Origin: Nemertoderma westbladi
Taxonomy: Eukaryota > Animalia > Xenacoelomorpha
Assembly: GCA_032718475.1 (NCBI GenBank)
Contig: JAUCBJ010006886.1
Location: 1-32,598 of the forward strand
Length of the DNA stretch: 32,598 nucleotides
Direction: 5' to 3'
This document shows positions 9,106 to 21,432 of the stretch, one piece after another. Both the position numbers and the translations under genes were made by a program. The stretch's first letter is position 1. Each line of letters opens with the position of its first letter. The notes beneath the pieces were generated by a model. It searched no databases and was not told the origin of the DNA. It saw only the letters and a list, made by a program, of their open reading frames with translations.

Positions 9106-10950
9106 TACAGTCCCGAAGTATTTAGTTCCAGAAATAATTTTATGTGAATTAAATTTGTGGAACATAATTTCCATCATATTATCAACAACATACATAAATA
9201 CTACTATTTTAGCTTGGTGATGAAAGTTACGGAAAATTTAATCAAATATTTTGTTTTTGATCAGAGCACTCTATTTCCAAACATATATTAACATGCAAGA
9301 TGACGGTATAATTGAATGATTAATAATTGGGGGAGTAGAATGTTGTCTATTCTTGTTTAAGATTCTAGACATTTAGTTTCGTATTTGGAGTGAAATTCTA
9401 CAGATTTTCATATACTTCATGTACTTTCATGTACTGTCTGATCAATATATCATTGCTGAATTCTCATGTTCAGTAATTCCATGGACTTAATCGCGTTTCA
9501 TCAAGAAGGGCGGAAGGGCACTTGAGGATCAGTGTATTTCCAGCGCTTGCTAAAATATATGATATTATTCTGGGGCAGCGTCCTTATTTGTGCACAACCT
9601 GGTTCAGAGCATGCAGGCCCAATGCCTGACTTTAGATGTTCAAGATAATATTTTTAGCCAGAATTTTACCATTCGAGTATACTAGGCAAAATAAATGCAA
9701 ACCTTTTGTTTTATTCATCAACTTTTCAAAATATATGAATAAAAATAGTGAATGTATAGGTGTTGTACAATGTATACTTGTAATGTACGACACAGTATCA
9801 CAATCTGCTGAATCTACTAACTACTCGTTAATCAATGAATATTATGATTATGAAAGCCACTATGATAATAAACAGAATGAAGAAAAGTTTTGAAATGAGT
9901 CACATATGAAAAACGATTTGTTTATTATTTTGGTTAGTGTGTAGCCTCGCTTCGCTGTGACAAAACAAACATTCCGTTGAGTTTCTTATATGTTCTAGAT
10001 CGACAATTTTGAGGTTGATAATTTTGTTTTCCATTGTTTAAAATAATTTGACAGGTAGTTACAGTATGGTGCTTATGGGTAGGCCGCACTAATTTATTTA
10101 TTTATTGTGATTATATGTATATTATTTTGTGTTTATTTATTTACTGTGTATAATTATTTATTAACTGTCGATGTATATTTGATTTGACTAGGACCATTAA
10201 CCGCACCATCAATTTGATTTATTGTGAGATTATATGAAATAGGCGGCGATCCACAAATGTAAGTAATGTTTTGGTTGAAAGTCCCCCCCCCCCCCCCCCC
10301 TCCCCCCTTCTGGGGAGGGAGAGACAACCATAAGGTAGATATATGATGCTACTACTACTATAATAATAACTATATTATGTAGAGTAGTAGAGTTATTCAC
10401 TGCGTGTCTCTCTGCATCTGTGTCCACCTTTCAATCCATATCATTACACTAACCCAAAATTATGTTAATCTTATGAATGTAGGTTCCGAGAACGAATATA
10501 AATTACCAACAGCTCATATTATATTATGACAGTGAGTTCCTGTCTAAACAACTACCCACTAAACGGTTAACTACAATGCTGACTACATGATAAAGTTGAG
10601 TCCCAATTTAAAATAAACTAATCTCTCACGAAAACTCCTCGAACAGGAACACGTTGAATGCGCCTATCCTTGCGTATGATCACAATTTGAACAACTACAA
10701 AGAAGACTTAGCCAGACCCAAATGTGGGTCTGCCCCCCCCCCCCCCCCCCCCCCCCCAAGTACTACTATCTTCTTTTAATATAGGATAGGGGGGGGGGGG
10801 GGAATTTACTGTTTTCGCTCCGGTACCTTAGTTTATCTGGAATTTTGCATTTGTACTCTCTTAGAAATAAACCATGTAAGTAATCTAATAATTCGGATTT
10901 ACATCAATATATATATAAATAGGTCTTGTATTGAAGTTATTAAATAATCA

Positions 10951-10969
10951 TCATTTATTTCACTTGCAG
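10951..10969 (+). promoter_or_regulatory. Probable splice acceptor of a 5'-UTR intron of the GPCR gene
   Basis: Pyrimidine-rich tcatttatttcacttgcAG ends 29 nt before the ATG at 10999. Confidence 0.6.
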
Positions 10970-10998
10970 AAATTCCCATCATACCAATTAACTACGGA

Positions 10999-12060
10999 AT
11001 GGAGAATAACATCACTTACCTTGCAAACTCAACACCTTCAGTCTCGCACTTTGATGATGAACCGATTACCATAGCAATTCTATGTATTTACATCCTAATA
11101 TTTATAGTTGGACTTCTTGGTAATTCATTGGTTATAATAACGGTATGCAAGGTCAAGCGTATGCAGACAATACCCAATTTGTTTATTTTGAATTTAAGCA
11201 TTGCTGATGGCCTGTTTTTATTAGGGTTACCATTTCAGGCGTATCTCCAGGTGAGCTCTACTTGGAGTCTTGGATCTCCACTTTGTACCATTACACTATC
11301 CATTGATGCTCTCAATCAATTTACGAGTATTTTCATATTATGTGGTATGACAATGGATAGATACATCAATATTGTGTTCCCCTATGGTTGTTTTTTCACT
11401 CTAAAAGATATGAAGCAAACCCAATTAGCTAATTTGGGATTCTGGGGTGCTAGTTTCCTGATAACCTTACCTGTTTGGATATATGGGCGTAGTCAGAATC
11501 ACCAGTATGGAGAAAATATTTACGTTATGTGTACATTAGACTTACCAAATGAGGTTTGGATGAGATGGTTCACAATTCACACGTTTAGTTTCGGGTTTGC
11601 ATTACCGTTAGTTGTAATAACCTTCTGCTACGTTCATATCGTGATAGATGTGAGGAGGACGCGAAAACGTACCACCACTCGTTCCGACGATGCTGACGAC
11701 CCGACTAGGAAACTAAGTAAATTGGTACTTATAATTGTAGGCGTGTTTATTATGTGTTGGTTGCCCTTTTATGTTTGTCTGTTTGTTCGTATTTGTGTAG
11801 GATTTGATGCAGAACCTGCTGAGTGGCAGTATATTCAGCAAGCTGCTACCGGTATCTCCTACATGCATTCGTGCGTGAACCCTTTGATTTACGCATGTTT
11901 CTCGCCAAATTTCCGTAACCACTTTAAAATGATTCTTTCTATTTGTTGCACCTCTTATCGAACACCAGATGACCAACTGGAGATGACAGCTGGTACTAAT
12001 ATTACTACTAATTATAGGCCATCATTAGCTCGAAATAGTTTGCGAAATTCCCGATTATAA
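10999..12060 (+). CDS. Class A (rhodopsin-like) neuropeptide GPCR, somatostatin/allatostatin-C receptor-like, 353 aa, intronless CDS
   Basis: Seven hydrophobic segments. Motifs GN (TM1), NLSIAD (TM2), DRY, CWLPF and NPLIY are present, with TM3 and ECL2 cysteines. TM3 SIDALNQFTSIF matches the somatostatin-receptor DxxNQFTS signature. N-glycosylation sequons NIT and NST lie at the N-terminus, and CC follows helix 8. Confidence 0.95.
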   Translation: MENNITYLANSTPSVSHFDDEPITIAILCIYILIFIVGLLGNSLVIITVCKVKRMQTIPNLFILNLSIADGLFLLGLPFQAYLQVSSTWSLGSPLCTITLSIDALNQFTSIFILCGMTMDRYINIVFPYGCFFTLKDMKQTQLANLGFWGASFLITLPVWIYGRSQNHQYGENIYVMCTLDLPNEVWMRWFTIHTFSFGFALPLVVITFCYVHIVIDVRRTRKRTTTRSDDADDPTRKLSKLVLIIVGVFIMCWLPFYVCLFVRICVGFDAEPAEWQYIQQAATGISYMHSCVNPLIYACFSPNFRNHFKMILSICCTSYRTPDDQLEMTAGTNITTNYRPSLARNSLRNSRL

Positions 12061-12315
12061 TCAATTAATTGTATGTAAGTGGAATAATTGAAATGTGCGT
12101 CCATACCCTATTCGGGTATGAAGATTGGTTCCTGAGGGATCGAAAATTCCCTGAACAGTGTTGGACTTGATAATACTTATTGTTAATTAAAAAACTATGT
12201 AAGAACTGAGTAACTATAATTGACATTTACAGTTGAGATGAACTAAGACCATAACTAGGATGGAAAATTCACTTCTATTGAAAGTAAATTAAAATCAATT
12301 GATAGTAAATTCATT

Positions 12316-12740
12316 GGAACAAGGACAATTGCCCCCTGGACAATTTTCCCCTGGACAATGGCCACATGGATAATTGCCCCTGGACAATTGACACCCGGAC
12401 AACTGCCCCCTAGGGCAATTGCCCCTCGATATCCTATTTACATAATTTATTTTTTAACTTTGTAATCGTTTGAATGTTAGTAATGTGTCGTATATTTTTC
12501 TGTAATTCTAGTTCTAATATTAACCTTTATCGCCACTTCAAAATTTTTTATTGTTGTGTTTTTTTACAATATCTAAGATTATTTTCTAAAATAATTTGAT
12601 GTGATCACCACTTCAAAACTTTTAATTTTTATGAGTCGGGGTGGATTCTTTAATGAGTAAGTGTCATTGGGGGGCAATTGTCTTTGGGTAGGCAATTGTC
12701 TTTCGGTAGGCAATTGTCCGAGGGGCAATTGGCTTGTCAC
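12316..12740. mobile_element. Fold-back MITE whose arms are built from ~15-18-bp GGACAATTGCCCC units (MULE-like, tentative)
   Basis: About 7 units at 12323-12427 and about 4 inverted units (GGGCAATTGTC) at 12668-12732. No clean TSD was found. Confidence 0.65.
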
Positions 12741-13344
12741 AATTGAAACTAAGTACACACTTATTGAATGTAAGTTCAAACATATTCGAACTTTACAAAA
12801 TGGACTTTTTTTCACTGTGACTGTTCACCCAATTCGCAAAGTTAAAAACCTCTACCGAGATGAATAAGATTATGTCCAGTAATATTAAATAATTATCGAA
12901 AATTGTGATCAAAAAAAATAATTTATTTTTAATATATGTATCTATGTATTATATATTAATATGTTTCAATAAACAACCAATGCATATTATTCAGTTTGTT
13001 GTATGATTTATAATTTAATATTGTTCATTGAAGTTCATTGTTCATTGTTCATTTTTTCGATGTTTTCATTCACCATTGCTACTGTTAATATAATGTTCAC
13101 AATAAAACGATTCTGATTTTAAAACAATTATTGTGAAGATTATTGAGATGTGATATTTTTTATGTTGCCTCACTCATATCTTCGTTATTCACTATGTATA
13201 ATACTGTTTATAAATATTACATAATTACGCAAGTGTGTTCTAAATTTGTAACGTTATTTACTCAACTCTTTGGTATATAATATGCTTGTTAGTGTGGTTT
13301 ATGCGTAAAGTAGAACATACTGTACAGTACACATGTGTACATTG

Positions 13345-13517
13345 TTGAAAAATATCGAAACCTGAAAAATATCGCGAGATGAAAAACATCGAAATATAGC
13401 GAGTAAAAATATCGCGAGTAATATTTTAGCGAGTAAAATGGTAGCTCGCGATATTTTTAAACACACGATATTTTTATTCGCGATAATTTTACTCGCTATA
13501 TCTAGATATTTTTCAAT
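13345..13517. repeat. Imperfect palindromic repeat (MITE remnant) built from AAAATATCGCGA units
   Basis: tatagcgagtaaaaatatcgcgagtaa (~13395) is inverted at ~13474-13500. Outer arms are ttgaaaaatatc and gatatttttcaa. Confidence 0.7.
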
Positions 13518-14549
13518 ATAAACGATGTTAGGAGTTGATGTTGAACATGCAGAAGTACAGGAGGGCTCTAAATATAAACAAACTGTATTATTTAGTTTTA
13601 GTGATATTATAATTATTATATACTGTCATAATATTATTTATCAACATTATGTATGTATTATGCTTACTTACTGCAGTAATGTTATTTAATATGATGTTAA
13701 AAAAATACCCTTTCGGAGTCACAGTGAGTCATGGAGAAGCACCTCGTATCAGCATGCAAACGTTACCGCACTGGACAATCGCTTGCATGTAGATGCTCTA
13801 GATCTACATGTGCAGATAAGGAACTTTTGACAATTACAAACACTTGCCATTTCGCAGAAAATAGTGAATTAATGATGTCATTGAGTCAGTGTCTCAAATA
13901 AGTTGTTATTAAATAATACCATTAAAGAATAAATAAAATATACCGTAAAAATTTAAAAATATTGAATATCAATCTTTGCATGACTTATTGCTATTGACTA
14001 GATAACTAGTCCTCGGTTATTGAATGATTAGCAGTGTTTTAAAATATGTTTACTGTTATTATTTATAATTCTTATTTTACATTAATTTCAGTTAATCTCC
14101 GCTGCTTCTCCAAATATTCAGATAATTACAGATTTGTAATCAGAAATTAATCTTCTCTTTTCTATGTAATCAGTTATTCAACCGGAAGGAAATATAACTG
14201 GGAAAAAGTATCCCTCCCTCACTAACATCTTTCAGTAATTTTAAAATTATTTCTCATAGGCGACTAAATAACTGTGTGTTGTACGTACACGTTCGTGGGG
14301 CCTTCGCGCAGCACGAGATACTATATTAGAACCTACATTATACTAATCTCTATTAGATAAGAAAACAGACTTTCATAAAATATATATGAGTAAATGCGAT
14401 GCTATCAGTTTGTGATAAACTAGTTGTAAAAACAGATAACCATTTCAGTTTGCCCTTACACACTTTAACTGTCATTTGTAAACCTACTAACTAGGCTATT
14501 TAAGTTAAGAATGACATTTTTAGTTTTACAATACACTTTTCCTTCATTA

Positions 14550-15088
14550 GCCTCGTTGCGCTCGTTCTGTTTTGTCTTAAAATAATTTTCCTAAACTAAG
14601 AATAACAACCTTTATAACTATGCAAAGTCTCAAAACTGTGAGAGTAACTGCTGATTTATGGCAGTTACATTGGATACTCGTATCCACTGTAAACTCGTTG
14701 CGTTCGTTTGTTTTTTTAACCAAACTTCAGATTCTTTCTAAACATTCGACGGACTACATACGTACCAAGTTTCGTTTAATTTCATCAAGGAATAACTGAG
14801 TTATTAGCGATCAAAAATTTACGACGACGACGACAGACGACGACGACATAATGGTCTTGAATGGCTTACTACCAATCTAAATGATGCTTTCAAGTTTCAA
14901 GTAAACCAATTATTACAAAATCGAATTATTTTATTAAAAATAAAATAATTAAACCGAGTTCAACGCTCTACCAACTTCACCACTGCGCCGTATGAAGCCC
15001 TTTAAAAACCTAACTGGAAATTAACAACAAAAACAACACCAACAACAACGGAGTGAATACTAAAGGTCTCGTTACGCGGACCTAAAAC
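14550..15088 (-). mobile_element. Fragments of additional HINE/DINE-like elements
   Basis: Minus-strand start TTTTAGGTC-cgcgtaacga-GACCT followed by a (TTG)n microsatellite at 15088-15020. A second microsatellite (GTC)n at 14848-14821 is followed by a core with AAACTTGGTACGTATGTAG. CTCGTTGCGyTCGTT is repeated at 14552 and 14694. Confidence 0.5.
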
Positions 15089-15966
15089 ACCATGCCCTGA
15101 AATTATACCTGGTAAAAAAGAGACAAGGTATTTCTGAGAAGCACACGAATACCGATACGTCCGGCATCGACGAGACTAGGCATCGATAATTCCTTTATAA
15201 CGAACCTGCCTATTAATAAGCCAGGGAAGGAAGTTCTTGTCAAGAGTTGAGCCGTTCAAAAACACGATATCGTTATGTATATATATGTGTATGTATGTAT
15301 AGTATAACCATCCAATATCTCAAAAACTCAAGCAGGTACGCAAACATTTTAATAACAAACTCTACATAAATTTTGGTTGCGCACAAGACTGTATATTTTT
15401 GTGGCGTTTCAATCAAGGGGTCACTGAAAAATAGCGGTTTTGAAAATTTAAAAGTCGAATTTCACCCATTCCATCTCGTCGAGTATGCATCAACTTTTTT
15501 ATTTGGGCTATTCAGTCATTTGAGAAACATATTTGAGCCTCAGAATATTTTCAAATATCGCCAATCTCGCTCGCACAGAACGTCACCAAAATTTGTTAGT
15601 CCGGCAAAAAAACGCACTAATTCGTCTAAAAGAGTAAATTATTGCTTGCAGAATAATATGATTCAACTAGAAAAGCCAGCCAGCTGGCTATAAGGAGACC
15701 GTCCATAGACAAACGTAGTGTTAGGTGGTTCCCTCCTCATTCATTATCATCTACCTAGAAAACATTTGAACGGCCCAGTGCTTACAATTCAATCAGGTGG
15801 CCCCCCACCTAACGTAGAACTGAGTAGTATAACCTTATAGATATTCCCATAGGATTCACTGGGAAGAGCTATTCAGCTGGCGGGGAAATACATATACCAA
15901 CTTACAGTTGATGTTTGATTACTAGTCCAGGAGACGCGCTTAGTCACCCAATACCACAACCCTTAA

Positions 15967-17540
15967 CCCTATTAAACCCGGGGGGGGGGTCAATATGACC
16001 CCCCCCCGTGGTTTTTTTATTATAATTTTGAAACAAACGCAGTTGGGAATCTGAAATTTTATGACTTTTCCTAAAAATCTATTGTCTTCCTAGTAGTGAA
16101 AACCGTTTTCAAAAATATTGGGTACTTTTAGAGTTATAGCACCATTTTTTAACCCTACTTTTGGCACTTTTTTTGAGACGTTTTTTGAAAATTACATTTC
16201 ATTAAATATGAATTGTAACATCTCTATTTTTGATTTACAACGGTTTTTTGGTGTTAGAAATTGGATGGAATTCATATAAATTGATTTAGAAATTTCAAAC
16301 TTGTTTTTTTCGGTGGGTGCCAAATTTTGGTGCCAGCACCAAATTTTGAAATAAGTCAATTTTGTAAATTGATTGTTTGAAACTTGTTTTTTACGCAATT
16401 GGGGTTTTTCGGGGTTCTGAATTCGATGAAATATATACGAGTTGCACCAAGCGTATCAAACTTGTATTTTTCGGTGCTGTGTGCAAATTTTGGTGCTAGC
16501 ACGAAATTTTGAAAATCCATTCAATAGATAAAATTGCTTGTGACAATTTATTTCTTGCATTTTAGAGGTTTATGGCTGTTCTGAATTCAATGGAAAATAT
16601 AATTATCGAACTAGACATCTCAAACTTGTATTTTTCGGATGTGGGTGCAAAATGTGGTGCTAGCACCAAATTTTGAAAACCATCAAATATATCAATTGAT
16701 TGTGTCACCTTGTTTCTTGCGTTATACGGGTTTGTGATGGTTCTGAATTCCATGGAATCAGTAAAAATTTCATAAGAGTTCTCAAACTTGTATTTTTTGC
16801 CGGTGGGTGAAAATTGTTGTGCCAGCACCAAATTTTGGAAAATATGCAAATTGATAAGTAGATAGTATCACCTTGTTTCTTGCGTTATACGGGTTTATGA
16901 GGGTCCTGAATCCGATGGAATCAATAAAAACAGCACTGGACATCGTAAACTTGTACTTTTTGGTGATGGGTACGAAATTTGGTGCTAGCACCAAAATTTG
17001 TCAAATTATGCCGAAAAATACAAGTAGCAATGATCTGGCATATTAGAAATGTATTCCATTAGAATCAGCGCCCTCGAAAACCTGAAAATGTGAATTTATA
17101 GCATCGTATAAGTGAATTAAAAATTTTGTTTTCTAACTGAAAAGTGCTGGTTACTTGTTTTTTTCATTTTTTTCCTACGCAGAGGGGACTAAACAGCCAT
17201 TTATAGTAATCATATCATTTTTAAATATTTTCCAATGTATTTTGCACCCCAGAAAACCTGTATTGAAAAATAATTAGCCGAAAATGTAACTTTCAAATTT
17301 TGTGAAAATTGTGCACTACTTGTAATTTTGGTGCTGCAATATAACCATCCCAGTACATTTTTTCGAAAATTTTTTTTTCGGTCGGATCCAGACAAGTGAT
17401 ACCTACGTACAAACAAAAAATCAGACGTTTTCGTAAATATTTGTAGATTTTAGAGGGGGGGGGTCAATATGACCCCCCCCCCCCCCCCCCCCCCGGTATT
17501 TGTACAACATTTTATATTTTATAGCCCGGTACTAATAGGG
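15967..17540. mobile_element. Non-autonomous piggyBac-type element (1574 bp)
   Basis: TTAA TSD at 15963-15966 and 17541-17544. Termini are CCCTATTA...TAATAGGG with an adjacent CCGGG/CCCGG. The subterminal palindrome G(n)TCAATATGAC(n) is present near both ends. Confidence 0.9.
16230..17010. repeat. About five diverged ~163-bp tandem units inside the piggyBac-type element
   Basis: AAACTTGTATTTTT..GGTG..TTTTGGTGCTAGCACCAAATTTTG recurs at ~16297, 16458, 16622, 16783 and 16948. Confidence 0.85.
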
Positions 17541-17844
17541 TTAAAGTAGCGTACGGACGCAATTTTTTTTCTTTGAATGATAGTTTGTTTTGTCCCAATA
17601 CCAATTCGAGCGATTTCCGGAACAATTAGTTTGAGCAATTTTTTTTATTCGAATTTTAAGTGTGCACTTTCGCTCAAAGGAACAAGAACTTTGTTAATGC
17701 CGTTTTGAGAGCAATTGTGATAGAAACTGATGTTCCAGAATAGTTTTATAGTGTAAGTTTAATAGTAAGCAGTAATTGTCACTGAAAATTGATACTTAAA
17801 ATACTCTACCAGTACGGGAATGGTGTGTAATTTTTTGTTTTAAC

Positions 17845-18409
17845 CATTATCATTGTCATATAGGAGGAAGTGTGTTGTCTGTATAGATCGCCCTTCCTCC
17901 AGTAGTGCCTCTAACTACTACTAGGATCGGCATGCTGCATTGCAGCTGCATTTTTAAGAATGCTGTGCCGGCTTGTCAACAAAATTGCACCGCCACAACT
18001 CCCTATCACCCATGACATTTGCTAGATCATCCGCATCTTTAAGGCCAGTGTCCTTTAAGATGCGTCTCAAGAAAGTCATGGGCTGTCCACCATGCTTATT
18101 CACTCCATGAGGCTGCCAAAGTACAAGATTATGCACTGGCTGGTCCTCACGGCGAAAGCAATGTCCTGCAAAGCGGAGGCGATTTTGTTCTAGTGTCAAG
18201 CTTGGGGGAACCAATGAGACTCCTCCAATGTTATATAGTGTCTGGTTGGAGATGTGTGCATTGTACTTGACACAATGAACCCGGCGTAGCATTCTTGTGA
18301 ATGTGCCATCCAGAGATTTGGTGTCCTCAGCAGTTAGAGCCCAGCATGGACTCCCGTAGAGGAGTACTGGAACTACTGCTGCTCTAAATAATCGGACCTT
18401 AAGTTTCCG
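17845..18409 (-). mobile_element. 5'-truncated RTE-clade LINE (ORF C-terminus 18409-17954 plus 3' UTR)
   Basis: The frame reads RKLKVRLFRAAVVPVLLYGSPCWALT...LDGTFTRMLRRV...RLRFAGHCFRR...LVLWQP...DRELWR, the characteristic region downstream of RT in RTE-type elements. The 3' boundary is approximate. Confidence 0.85.
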
Positions 18410-19017
18410 ATTAATTCTCGGTGACTTCCCGATGAATTCTAACTAACGGCATTATAGTATAGTATATATGCTAACTTTTCAGGATTTATAATAACTTTTT
18501 TTTAATGTTCCACTACCTTTTTTTAATGTTCCAGAATATATTACTAAAACTAGTAATATATTCTAGATCTATTTTATATTCTAATATAAGCTATTTAACT
18601 AAATAAAACTTTTTTCTAGAAAAAATACTTTTTTACACTTTTTAATAAAAATAGCTATTTTTCAAAATTTTAAATATCATTTTTTCTTTACAAAGAGATG
18701 TTTTACATCAAACAGTAACGTTTTGGAAATGTGGTAGTATTTTACAAGGGTATTGTAATGAGCTAGTATTTTTGTACTAGCTAGTAGTTTTAAAAATCAT
18801 ATTTTCTTTGGCCTTTATTTATAAATTATTAATTGTTACTTTTTAAATATGGAAAAACACACAATTTAATGCATCGCAATTTAACGCATAATAAGAAGTA
18901 ATACCCTATTGTGTTTTTAAAAATGTTCCAGAAAAATAAATATTTGTTTTTAAATAAAAAATTTAGTGTAATGTGTTTGTAAATTATTGTTCTAGAACAA
19001 TTCTGTGATATTTCTTA

Positions 19018-21432
19018 TTGAAAAATATTGCGAAAAGTGGAAGTGGTAATGGTATCAAAGCTCCTAAACGGTTGCGATCCAGTGAAAACTTTGAGTTTAA
19101 CAGGAGTTGTATAATTTGCGGTGAGAAATGTTCCAACAAACATCCAAAGAATACCAGACGATGGAGAAGAGTAGTTGAGTGTCAGACGGTCGAGGTGCAA
19201 GATGAAATCCTACGAATATGTAAATTACGAGGGCTTCGAGTAGATGAACTTGCAGGAAAAGTTGAATTTCGCTTAGGTTCCGTTTGTGGTGATGTCATTA
19301 CAAGTGGCGCGAAGTATCACAATGATTGCTATAAAGCATTCACTGGTAAAAGGAACTCAATGGCGGCATTGATAAAAACTATAGATATAGAAGAAAAAAA
19401 AGATATTAGGGTGGAGAAACCGAGCGAGAAGGCCTTCATAACAATGGTCGAGAAACTTGAAAAAGACCAAATTAAAATTTGGGATTCTTGTGAGATATTC
19501 GGCATATATACAGTATATCTTCCCTCCATTCATTTGGTACAGAAGAAGACACCGTCACAGCTCTACAAGGCAGTCAACGCACAAATCTAATAAATAAAAT
19601 TCAAGCTCATTTTGGTGATAAGATTTTGGTACAGCATGCAGAAGGCGTGCACGTGCAAGTGTTATTTGTTTTAAAACAAGGCTTCAATTTCCACTGAAAG
19701 CAGATCAACGTCCCTCAACCAATAATATTGACAGTAATATTAACTCCTTAGTCCAAAAAATAACGTCTGAAACTAGAAAGCCAGCACGCTGGCTTTAAAC
19801 GAACCTGCCCGTCATACCAGTACCATGAGTGAGCGAAAATGAAAACACGATAATTGCCATCAACTCAACGATAGAAACACCAGCTGCTGGTACTCATGTG
19901 GGCCTAGTAAGCTACTACTATTTATTGAATAGATAGGCCCAAACTGCAGAGAAGTATATTACTTGCCAAATTGATTACTATCTCACTCTAACCCAGACAG
20001 TAATCAAACATCAACTGTAACACTGTAAGTTTTATAATGTATTACCCCACCAGATGAATACCTCTTCCCAGTGAATCCTATGACAATAATCTATAAGGTT
20101 ACTCACTGCTATGTTAGGTGGGAGGGAGTTGATGATAATGAATGAGGAGGGACACAACTAACACTACGTTTGTGTATGTCTATGGAGGGTCTCCTTACAG
20201 CCAGCTGGCTGGCTATTCTAGTTGAATCATATTATTCCGCAACTAAATAATTTACTCTTTTAGACGAATTTGTGCGTTTTTTTGCCGGACTAACAAGTTT
20301 TGGCGACGTTCTGTGCGAGATTGGCGATATTTGAAAAGATTCTGAGGCTCAAATATGTTGCTCAGATGACTGTATATCTCAAATAAAAAAGTTGTTGCCT
20401 ACTCGATGAGTTGAAATCGGTGAAATTCGACTTTAAATTTTCAAAACCGCTATTTTTCAGTGACCCCGTGATCGAAACGCCACAAAAAATATACAGTCTT
20501 GTGCGCAACCAAAATTTATGGAGAGTTTGTTATTAAAAATTTTGCGTACCTGCTTGAGTTTTTGAGATATTGGATGGTTATACATACACACACACACAAC
20601 CACATCGTGTTTTTAAACGGCTCAACTCTTGACAAGAACTACCCTGGCCTATTAATAGGCAGGTTCGTTATAAACAACTTGAAGATTCAAATAATTAAAT
20701 TATATTAATATTATATTTTATTATATTATATTAATTATAATTAATTACATTATTATTATATTAATATTATATTAATATTATAATATTATTAAAATAATTA
20801 ATTCAAATACATTATCATACAACAACATGATATCATCCACAAGCAGTTCATTACTCTCACTAATATATCACGATAAGTTTCGTATGGTAATATTTATAAA
20901 GAGTCAATTTGCATTTCACAATCAATCCCTTATTGCTAAAATATATAATCAAACTACACTAGGCTTGGCATTACAAGTTCACCATCGTTTTGGTTCTAGA
21001 GAACTGATTGACCTGTTGCACTCGAGTGGGTACATGGCAAGCTACTATGACTAAGTATTACGTTTCCGCAAATCTGCGACCGTGTTTGGCAGCAAAGGAG
21101 ATTACAATTGCAACAATAGATTCGTGGGCACAAAGATGATAAATTCTTGGTGCGATAATTTCGATCTCCAAGTTTATACTCCTAATGGATGCAGAGAGTT
21201 ACATACGATGGTTATTGAATTAGCCCAAATTAGTAAGGAAAATAATTTCATACCAGAAATTATTATACCTCGATTTTCAAAAACTGAATTAAATGCTTTC
21301 AAACTTAACACTCCAGAGGTTCTTCTTTTTCAAGGAAAGATTAAGTCACTTCCGCCGAACTTGAATATGAATGTTGGAGTATCATACGACATCCTTAGAA
21401 ATACTTACACTTCAGCTAGAAATGCACAATAA
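19018..21432 (+). pseudogene. Fragmented Academ-type transposase (N-terminal part)
   Basis: Fragments lie in the expected order: CIICG...D....AKYHNDCYKAF (19018-19590); LINKIQAHFGDKI (frameshifted, ~19585-19625); LGLALQVHHRFGSRELIDLLHSSGYMASY (20827-21054); WCDNFDLQVYTPNGCRELHTM (21082-21432). It has stops, frameshifts and a HINE insertion, and the C-terminal part is missing. Confidence 0.75.
19771..20674 (-). mobile_element. HINE subfamily B, complete inner copy (904 bp)
   Basis: The minus strand starts TTTATAACGAACCTGCC, has a (TG)n/TATG microsatellite, and ends GGCAGGTTCGTT, hairpin AAAGCCAGC-gt-GCTGGCTTT, CTAGTT. There is no TSD and both junctions are T-runs. Confidence 0.9.

Noticed and set aside
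15373-17416. Several 68-106-aa ORFs
   Set aside because: They lie in non-coding HINE or MITE sequence and internal tandem repeats, and the frames are not preserved in the second HINE copy.
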